A DNA stretch of 64,000 nt from a virus. The DNA is taken from the IMG/VR virus record IMGVR_UViG_3300046674_000373, positions 1-64,000 of that record; one strand, written 5' to 3'. The stretch's first letter is position 1; each line of letters opens with the position of its first letter. Positions 57,148-64,000 of the stretch are shown here, one piece after another. Below the pieces are notes generated by a model, which saw only the letters and a list, made by a program, of their open reading frames with translations, was not told where the DNA came from and did no database searches. The translations under genes and the position numbers were made by a program.

Positions 57148-58017
57148 TCAGGGCACTGGGGTGCTGCTGAGACCTGGCCCAGGCTGCACGCCGGAGGTCT
57201 TGTGCGACTTCAGGCTGATGGTATCGGCCTTGACGTCACCGCCGCTGACGGTGACGTTGCCGGTGATCGCCGCCGCGGCGCCGGCCCCGCCGGACACCGA
57301 GATCCCGTTTTCTATGGTCACGTGCCCGGTGAACGTAGATTCCGGCGCATCGACAGTGAGGTGAGGTGTGGTCAGCGTGGTGTTGCCGCCCACAGTCACA
57401 TCGGCTGTGCCGTCCACATTGACGGTCGCCTTGCCCTTGGTATGCAGGGTCAAGTCGCCGTCATGGGTCAGGGTCAGGTTCCCGTCCGGGTCCACGTGCA
57501 GGTCCAGCTTCCCGGCGCCCAGCACCAGGCGCAGGTGCATCGATGCGCCGGTGTTCTTCTCGGTGGCCCACTTGCCGTCGGCACCCTTGCCGGTCAGGTC
57601 GACGTGATCCTGGCTGGCTCCGACCCGAAAGAACGTGCCGTTCGGCCAGGCCATCTCAAAGTCGCCGGCCTCGTTCAGCGTCGAGTAGACCTCGGACGCG
57701 TGCCGGTCCACCCGCAGGTTCTTCTCGGCAAACGTCATCTGGTTAACCTGCGGATAGCGGAAGCCGGTCACCACAGGCATGATGCCGGAAAAATCGACGG
57801 CCGCGACCGGGTTCTTCGGCCCGACCTTGCTGATGTCCCACTTCGCGTCGCCGCTCTTCTCCTCCGGCGCATACAGGTCGTTGCGGCCGTAGGCGCCGTT
57901 GCCGTTCGAGGTCAGGACCTGCACCCCGGCCAGGCGCGAGAAGTCGTCCGTCATCACCAGGTCGACCGAGTGATCCTCGGGGTGCGTCGCGACCACGACG
58001 CCAAATCTCAGGGCCAT
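57148..58017 (-). CDS. baseplate central spike (gpV-like)
   Basis: beta-repeat C-terminus, ISLKSH...VQPG...S.P. Confidence 0.85.
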   Translation of the reverse strand: MALRFGVVVATHPEDHSVDLVMTDDFSRLAGVQVLTSNGNGAYGRNDLYAPEEKSGDAKWDISKVGPKNPVAAVDFSGIMPVVTGFRYPQVNQMTFAEKNLRVDRHASEVYSTLNEAGDFEMAWPNGTFFRVGASQDHVDLTGKGADGKWATEKNTGASMHLRLVLGAGKLDLHVDPDGNLTLTHDGDLTLHTKGKATVNVDGTADVTVGGNTTLTTPHLTVDAPESTFTGHVTIENGISVSGGAGAAAAITGNVTVSGGDVKADTISLKSHKTSGVQPGPGLSSTPVP

Positions 58018-59525
58018 CAGGAGCTCGCCATTTCAGAATAGTAGGGGGATTCCGGGCCGCCGTTCTTGCGCATGCGCTCGACGAACCCGAGCCCGCGGTC
58101 GACCTGCAGCACCGTCGTGAAGTTGTTGAACGGCGAGAACTGGTGCTCGACCTGCACCACGTAGTAGAGCGCTGTGAAGGTGCCGCGGCGCAGCTTGATG
58201 TAGTTGCCAGCCCGGATGTTCTCGTTACCCTTGATAGCCAGGGAGCCGCGCTCGAGCAGGACGTTGTCGCGGTTCATCTCGACTAGCAGCTGGCGCCGGT
58301 TCTTGATCCAGTTCGCCACGCTGGTGTCGCGCTTGGTCTTCTCCTCCTCGGAAACGCCAGACGCGGTATTGCCAACCTCGTCGCCGCCCATCTCCGTGTT
58401 CACTTCGAGCTTGCGGATTCCGTACAGCTTGCCCTTGGTGTTGACATACTCGGTCAGGTCGATGGTCTTCTTGTCGCCGGGGGTTGCGCCGGCCTGCTTA
58501 TGGTAGATGTCGCTGACCATTTCGTAGCGCGGCGCGCGCACCCAGTAGTAGTTCGCCACGTTGGCATCCGTCCGCGACACGTTGATGCTGCGGATATCCT
58601 CGGCTGGTACGTCGTAGTAGACGAGCGTGGTCGGGTCCTGGCTTCCGCCGGCGCTGAACGCAACCGGCTCCTTGGTGTCCGGGTCGATCGGCTTGCCGTG
58701 CACGTCGAGGTACGGGTTGGCGCGGTAGATGCAGTAGACCTTGGTATCGTCCTCGGTGATGAACAACTCGTTCCAGGTGCCGACGTCGAGGAAGCGGCGC
58801 AGCAGGTCGTAGAGCGCCCCCTCCTGGTTCTGGGTTCCCGAGAGCGAAGTCACGCCGTGCTTCTGGAGCGCCTTGACTTCGATCGTGCTCGGGTTGCTTG
58901 AATTGCCCTCGACGATGTTCTTGACATAGGGGTTCAGGATCTTGTCAAAGGTCTCCTGCAGGAATTCCGAGCCCTTCTGCCCGATTTTCATCCCGGCGCC
59001 GAACCGTTCGAACATGGCGTAGGCGGAGATGATGTCCTGCCCGATCACGTAGCCCGGGCCGTAGAACAGCTGCAGCATCTGCCATAGCTTGCCGTAGTCC
59101 TGCCCGGTGATGGTGACCGTGCGCGTCGGCCGCCCGTCCTGGTCGACGAATTCCGACCTGGTCACGTCGGACACGAAGCCGCGCATGACCACCGGCGGCT
59201 GCGGCGCGCCATTGGGCACGTGCTGGAACCGGATTTCGACCATGTCCATCGGCTCGACCACGCCGGCCAGGGTATCGGCACCGGCCGGCACCGAGTACGG
59301 CTGGTCGGACACGGTGATGGCGAAGCCGCCCGCGGGCTCGCGCGCCGACTTGGACGTCGAGATCGTGGACTGATCAGTCAGGAACGGGGTGAGGTCGATG
59401 GTCTTGGCCGTGCTGCCGTAGCGCACCGAGACCTTCTCCTCGCCGTCGATCGTGTCGCGCTGGACCGTCTTAAACAGCGTGACCTTGAAGCGCGGCGTCA
59501 GCACCGGGATATTTCGCTGCCCCAT
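58017..59525 (-). CDS. baseplate hub protein
   Basis: Position after tape measure; YYVVQVEHQF..F.T...V.RG. Confidence 0.75.
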   Translation of the reverse strand: MGQRNIPVLTPRFKVTLFKTVQRDTIDGEEKVSVRYGSTAKTIDLTPFLTDQSTISTSKSAREPAGGFAITVSDQPYSVPAGADTLAGVVEPMDMVEIRFQHVPNGAPQPPVVMRGFVSDVTRSEFVDQDGRPTRTVTITGQDYGKLWQMLQLFYGPGYVIGQDIISAYAMFERFGAGMKIGQKGSEFLQETFDKILNPYVKNIVEGNSSNPSTIEVKALQKHGVTSLSGTQNQEGALYDLLRRFLDVGTWNELFITEDDTKVYCIYRANPYLDVHGKPIDPDTKEPVAFSAGGSQDPTTLVYYDVPAEDIRSINVSRTDANVANYYWVRAPRYEMVSDIYHKQAGATPGDKKTIDLTEYVNTKGKLYGIRKLEVNTEMGGDEVGNTASGVSEEEKTKRDTSVANWIKNRRQLLVEMNRDNVLLERGSLAIKGNENIRAGNYIKLRRGTFTALYYVVQVEHQFSPFNNFTTVLQVDRGLGFVERMRKNGGPESPYYSEMASS

Positions 59526-59527
59526 GA

Positions 59528-62431
59528 TCAGCCAGCTCCCGATGGCGCCGGCATGGTGACGCGCTTCTTGATCGTGAACGGGTCCGCCATCTTCTGGCCG
59601 GTCGGGCTGACCAGGGTGATCTCGCCACTCAAGTTGATTGACTGCTGCGGTCCGCCTGCAGCCTGCTTGGGCGCGCCGTCAGGCATCGGCGTGGCGAAAT
59701 GCCCCCGATTGCGCGAGATGGTGGACACGTAGTCGGTCGTCTCGGCATTGCCCCACTTGGACTGGTCCCAGCCGCTGTTGTAGGCCGCCAGTGCGGCCTC
59801 GTCGGTCTTGAACTTGGCCTTGTTCTCGCGCATCACCTCGCGCTGGATGATGACCGCGTCATCCTCGTTGTACGGGTCGAGCTTGCGGCCGAGGCGTTGC
59901 TCGAGCGCAGCCAGCGTCTTCGGCATGACCTGCGCCAGGCCCATTGCGCCGCTCTTCTTGTTGTAGGCGCTTGGATTGAACCGGCTCTCCTTGCTGATCT
60001 GGGCGGCCGACGTACCAGGCGACAGGCCCACCTCGCGGTCGGTGCGCGCCAGCTCGCGCATGACCTTGTCCGGGTTCTTCAGGCTCGATGCGTTCGGGTC
60101 GGCGGGCGGCGAGCTGGCGCCGGGCGAGGCAGCGTCGATTTTGAGCTGGCGCACGTTGCGCTCGAGGCTGTCCTTCTCGTCCTGCTCGGCCTTGGAGAGT
60201 TGCTCCTGCAATTCGACGATGCGCTTCTGCGCCGCCGTGCGTTTCGCCAGCAGCTCGTCACGCTTCTGCTTCAGCTCGGCGCGCGCGGCATTCGCCTCTT
60301 CATCCGTCTTGGCGCCCAGGATCTTCGTGCGGTATTCCTCGCTCAGCTTGCCGAGCTCGCCGGTCGCGTCGTTCACGCCCACGCCCTTAATGATCGCGCG
60401 CTGCTCCTCGATGTCGGCGTCGTTCTTGGTCTTCAGGTTGCTCAGGCGCTCGCCGGACTCGGTGCGCATCACGGCCTCGGCAATGCCGGTCGAACCCAGA
60501 TGACCCTTCCCCGCCATGTGCACGATGCCGTACCGCATATCCGTCATGAGCGGCACCAGCTTGGTGGCGAGTTCCCGGATCCCCTTATCGACCTGGTTGA
60601 TCGACTCGCGGGTCTTGCTGCCGTCGGTCTGTTCCTGCTCACGCGAGAAGGTCAGCTCCGCCAGAATGTCGCGCAGCTTCTCGGTGTCGCCGCCGTCGAT
60701 GGCGGACTGCAGGCGCTGGTTTTCCTCGACCGACAGCGACTTGCGGCTCTTGCGCAGTGAATCGGCCTGGCCCAGCAGCGTCGAGCGGTCGCCGGTCTCG
60801 ATGTTGGCCATGGCCGAGATGCCGGTAGACGACAGCTGCCCCAGATCTAGGCCCAGCCGGCCCATGCGGCCGGTCATCCCGCCCAGTGACTGGGGCGCGA
60901 TCGTGTGCAGCGCCATCGCCTGATTCTCGTTCACGCCGAGCAGGCGCGCGGTCGCATTGAGCATCAGGCTCGGGTTGCTGGCGTAGTCGTGCTGGATTTT
61001 CGACAGGATGGTCGAGATATTGGTCTCGTCCGAGGTGGCGGCCGTCCCCGACACGCCGCCGCCGAATTTGGCGGAGAACTTCGAATACAGCGAGTCCTTG
61101 CCGAACGCCAGCCGTCCGGTGCCGAACGCGCCCTGCTGCTGGAGCATGGCGGCCTGCACCGGGTCGAGCCCGTATTTCTTGCCCAGCGCCGAGAACAGGT
61201 AGTTCTGGCCCGCCTCGCCGGCCGCGCCGCCGCCCATGATGGCGCCGTTGACGCGCCCGAGCAGCGCCGCGGCGCCCTGCGGATCCAGGCCCGGCGTGCG
61301 CGACGCCAGGAGGCCCGACAGCGATCCGGCATAGCCCTCGACGTTGGCCCCGGACAGGCTGGCACGCGACTGCGTGACTGCGAAGGACGAGATGACCTGC
61401 AGCACCTCGTCCATCTTGCCGAACGATCCGGACTTGCCGACCGCCTCGCCGATCATCAGCGCCAGGCGGCGGCTGTCGTTCGTGTTGGCGGTCACCTGGA
61501 ACTGGCGCATCTGCGCGAAAAACTGGTTCGACTGCTCCGGGTCCATGCCGAAGCTGCGGCCGAAGCCGCCGCCCACCGATACTTCGTCGGCCAGCGTCTT
61601 GTACTGCTCGCGCGAGATGCCCGACAGCCGGGCAAAATCTGCGCCGAGCTTCTGGGTCTGATCGAACGTGGTGTCGATATCGTAGGACGCGGCCCGCAGC
61701 GACTCGCGCAGCAGGTTAAAGCTGACATTCACGTCGCCCAGCGTGCGCTTCAGGGTGTCGTAACCGACGCCCTCCTGGCCGGCCGCGTCCGCCTGCCCCT
61801 TGATGGCGCCGATGCCCTTGCTGATACCAACGGCCGCCAGGCCGCCGAAGAGGCCCATCAGCCCTGCGGCCATCCCTCCGGCCATGCCAGCTGCGCCGGC
61901 GTCCGCAACAACGCCGCCGACCGGCCCGGCGGCGCGCAGACCAGCACGGGCAACCCCGCCCAGCGTTGAGCCGATAGTCGGCTCGTCCTTCCTTTTTCCG
62001 CCGCCCGAAGAGGAATCTGAGGCAGGGGCGCTCGGTCGCGCGCCGCTCGGCGTCGGCGCAGGGGCCGGAGCCTGGAGCCCATAGGCCGTGCCAGCAGTGA
62101 CATGCTGGAACGCCTGCTGCATCCGCTTCTGGCGCAGGACCGGGTCGTCGTAGAGCCGGTTCCAGTCGAGCGCGCCGAATGCGGTGCCCGATTGACCGGT
62201 CGCCTTGATGCGATCGCGCAGCGCGCCGGAGACCTTGGTGAGCTCCTTGAAGCGGTCCTCGATCTGCTTCAGCTCGGCCAGCGTCCCCTGGGGCACCGGG
62301 TTGAACTTCACCTTGTTGGCAGAGGCGACCGTCTGCGCAAGCCGGTTCATCTGCTCGTTGAGCTTGGCTATTGCTTTGTCGGTGTCGCTGCCGTCGAAGT
62401 CGGCGCTGACTGGGATTTTAATGCCGGTCAT
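59528..62431 (-). CDS. tape measure protein with C-terminal lytic transglycosylase
   Basis: Helical; ESRFNPSA..GAMGLAQVMP, AAYNSG, ETTDYV. Confidence 0.88.
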   Translation of the reverse strand: MTGIKIPVSADFDGSDTDKAIAKLNEQMNRLAQTVASANKVKFNPVPQGTLAELKQIEDRFKELTKVSGALRDRIKATGQSGTAFGALDWNRLYDDPVLRQKRMQQAFQHVTAGTAYGLQAPAPAPTPSGARPSAPASDSSSGGGKRKDEPTIGSTLGGVARAGLRAAGPVGGVVADAGAAGMAGGMAAGLMGLFGGLAAVGISKGIGAIKGQADAAGQEGVGYDTLKRTLGDVNVSFNLLRESLRAASYDIDTTFDQTQKLGADFARLSGISREQYKTLADEVSVGGGFGRSFGMDPEQSNQFFAQMRQFQVTANTNDSRRLALMIGEAVGKSGSFGKMDEVLQVISSFAVTQSRASLSGANVEGYAGSLSGLLASRTPGLDPQGAAALLGRVNGAIMGGGAAGEAGQNYLFSALGKKYGLDPVQAAMLQQQGAFGTGRLAFGKDSLYSKFSAKFGGGVSGTAATSDETNISTILSKIQHDYASNPSLMLNATARLLGVNENQAMALHTIAPQSLGGMTGRMGRLGLDLGQLSSTGISAMANIETGDRSTLLGQADSLRKSRKSLSVEENQRLQSAIDGGDTEKLRDILAELTFSREQEQTDGSKTRESINQVDKGIRELATKLVPLMTDMRYGIVHMAGKGHLGSTGIAEAVMRTESGERLSNLKTKNDADIEEQRAIIKGVGVNDATGELGKLSEEYRTKILGAKTDEEANAARAELKQKRDELLAKRTAAQKRIVELQEQLSKAEQDEKDSLERNVRQLKIDAASPGASSPPADPNASSLKNPDKVMRELARTDREVGLSPGTSAAQISKESRFNPSAYNKKSGAMGLAQVMPKTLAALEQRLGRKLDPYNEDDAVIIQREVMRENKAKFKTDEAALAAYNSGWDQSKWGNAETTDYVSTISRNRGHFATPMPDGAPKQAAGGPQQSINLSGEITLVSPTGQKMADPFTIKKRVTMPAPSGAG

Positions 62432-62700
62432 ATGGGTTCGCCCCAGTCAGCGGGGTCGTCCTCCTCTTCCATTTGCTTCATCACCGCTTCCTTGTCGAAG
62501 TCTTCGTCCTCGATTTCCTCGCCGGGCGGCTTGTCGAAGTAGACGTGGGCCCAGTATTCGGCCTCGATCTGCTCGTACGTGGCGTCAAGATAGCGCGGGT
62601 CCGTCGGCGCCAGGTTGAACTTGCGCCGGTACCAGAACTCCAGCGACGTCGCCATCTCCCGGCCGCGGCGCTTGGACTGCTTGGCTCGCTCCCGTTCGAA
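62428..62700 (-). CDS. tail assembly chaperone frameshift extension
   Basis: +1 frame entered at TCC_TTT_CGA; FNLAPTDPRY. Confidence 0.7.
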   Translation of the reverse strand, partial: FERERAKQSKRRGREMATSLEFWYRRKFNLAPTDPRYLDATYEQIEAEYWAHVYFDKPPGEEIEDEDFDKEAVMKQMEEEDDPADWGEPI

Positions 62701-63004
62701 AGGACTGCTCCTTTTCACGCAGGGCCGCGTGGACGGTGCGCAGTTTGGTGTAGGATTCCTGATCGAGCGGGTCGAGGTTGTCGATGTCCCAGCCCAGCGG
62801 TGCCGTCACGGTCAGGACCTTGAGCGCCGCGTACCAGCCGCCGACCAGCTGCAGCCAAGCGGTGGGCGTTTCCACCCCCTCGGTGACGCGCGAATACTCG
62901 GCCGAGATGCGCAGCTCGTCGCGCAGCATGCGCTTGGCGAAGGAAAAGGTGCCGACGCTCGGCACCTCGACGAAGAAATCAGTAGCTTCAGCGGGGCGGG
63001 TCAT
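62585..63004 (-). CDS. tail assembly chaperone
   Basis: Between tube and tape measure; AAGGA RBS. Confidence 0.8.
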   Translation of the reverse strand: MTRPAEATDFFVEVPSVGTFSFAKRMLRDELRISAEYSRVTEGVETPTAWLQLVGGWYAALKVLTVTAPLGWDIDNLDPLDQESYTKLRTVHAALREKEQSFRTGASQAVQAPRPGDGDVAGVLVPAQVQPGADGPALS

Positions 63005-63040
63005 GTGGTCCTTGAATGGGAAAATGGGTTGGTGAATGCC

Positions 63041-63056
63041 AGCATGAGGTCACGAC
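63041..63056 (-). promoter_or_regulatory. putative late promoter
   Basis: GTCGTGAC-CTC-A-TG-CT directly after a terminator. Confidence 0.7.
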
Positions 63057-63059
63057 ACG

Positions 63060-63085
63060 AAAAAGCCCGCACGCGGCGGGCTTTT
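63060..63085 (-). terminator. intrinsic terminator after tail tube gene
   Basis: AAAAGCCCGC...GCGGGCTTTT. Confidence 0.8.
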
Positions 63086-63104
63086 GGGGCTGGGATGGCG
63101 CCCG

Positions 63105-63527
63105 TTATGCGGCCAGGCCGGACACGTCGGTCGCCAGGAAGGTACCGGACGACATAACGATGGCGTGCTTGGTGATCTCCAGCTCGCCCGAGGCATAGGT
63201 GCAGCCCATGTACTTGCGCAGCTCCTCGCCAGTGTCCTTGTCGTACGAGACGATGTCGAACACGAGGCCCTGCAGGGCGCCGTCGCCGTTCTCCGACGCG
63301 AGGCCCAGCTGGCGCAGGGTTGCACGCTTCATCACCATGGTGCTGACCGAAACGGTATGGCGCGCGATGGTGGGCACGTGCTCCTGGACGTGGATATCGC
63401 CGATGCCGCTGGCGGAGTCCGGCGCATAGTCGTCCGACATGCGCACCGACTGGATCAGCCCGACCTGTTTGCCGTCGAGCTGGATGACGATCCGGTTACC
63501 GGAGCGGACGTTCTGATTTTGCTTCAT
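63105..63527 (-). CDS. tail tube protein
   Basis: SGNRI...VGLIQS...GIGD....EHV; follows sheath. Confidence 0.85.
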   Translation of the reverse strand: MKQNQNVRSGNRIVIQLDGKQVGLIQSVRMSDDYAPDSASGIGDIHVQEHVPTIARHTVSVSTMVMKRATLRQLGLASENGDGALQGLVFDIVSYDKDTGEELRKYMGCTYASGELEITKHAIVMSSGTFLATDVSGLAA

Positions 63528-63539
63528 TTATACGCTCCT

Positions 63540-64000
63540 TTAGATCGAGGCCGTGCCGCTGTACGGGACGGCGAAGATGGTCACCGGGATGAAGTTGACC
63601 GGGATCACCGGCGAGCACTGGAACTCGACGCGCAGCACGTCGCCCTCCAGCGAGGCGCTGATGTTTTTGTAGGCGGGGCTGTTCTTGTCGCCGACGATGA
63701 CGCCCGGGCCTTGCGGCTCCGGCCGGGCCAGTTCGCGCAGGGTCGAATCGGCAATGCTCACCGCGCGCGAGAGCACAATCGGGTTGCCCTTCTCGCCCCG
63801 CAGGACGTCCAGCGCCTCGCGCACGTTGCGCGCCACGAAATCGACCGCGACGCCGCAGGAAACCTCGACCCGGTTGTAGTTGTCGTTCCCCAGCCAAGTG
63901 GTGATCGACTTGACCACCTTATAGCCAGACGAGGTGTTCTCGACGCACAGCACGCCAGCATCGATCAGCACATCGGTGTCGGTCGGGTTGCGCAGGCTGC
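63540..64000 (-). CDS. tail sheath protein, C-terminal part
   Basis: LIDAGV...ITT...E.S...DF...SPVIPVNFI. Confidence 0.88.
   Translation of the reverse strand, partial: SLRNPTDTDVLIDAGVLCVENTSSGYKVVKSITTWLGNDNYNRVEVSCGVAVDFVARNVREALDVLRGEKGNPIVLSRAVSIADSTLRELARPEPQGPGVIVGDKNSPAYKNISASLEGDVLRVEFQCSPVIPVNFIPVTIFAVPYSGTASI

Noticed and set aside
1-64000. CRISPR arrays, tRNA/rRNA genes, IS elements, prophage-host junction
   Set aside because: None seen; arm repeats on both sides of the core suggest an unintegrated attP

Overview
The whole 64 kb is a GC-rich temperate myovirus with no host chromosomal genes. A Betaproteobacterial/Burkholderiales host is inferred from protein style only. Left to right: (1) 1-17.4 kb, leftward accessory/late genes, including three DNA methyltransferases, an HD hydrolase, a terminase-small-like HTH protein, a Gp49-family fusion and a phosphoesterase; (2) an AT-rich ori-like switch at 17.45-17.85 kb; (3) rightward early genes ending in a Tae2/Tai2-like T6SS effector-immunity pair; (4) leftward replication genes (primase-helicase, VRR-NUC, SSB, HNH, SF2 helicase, Cro-like); (5) rightward recombination genes, an intact attP-like site and a tyrosine integrase; (6) leftward lysis genes and a contractile tail with two tailspikes. 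The most notable non-coding signals are a second integrase arm/IHF/core site 26 kb from attP with an inverted spacer (candidate large inversion switch), a recurring GTCGTGAY-N3-A-N2-MT late-promoter motif often giving leaderless mRNAs, a TCC_TTT_CGA +1 frameshift site, and micro-ORF repeats after each tailspike. All family names come from motif recognition, not database searches.
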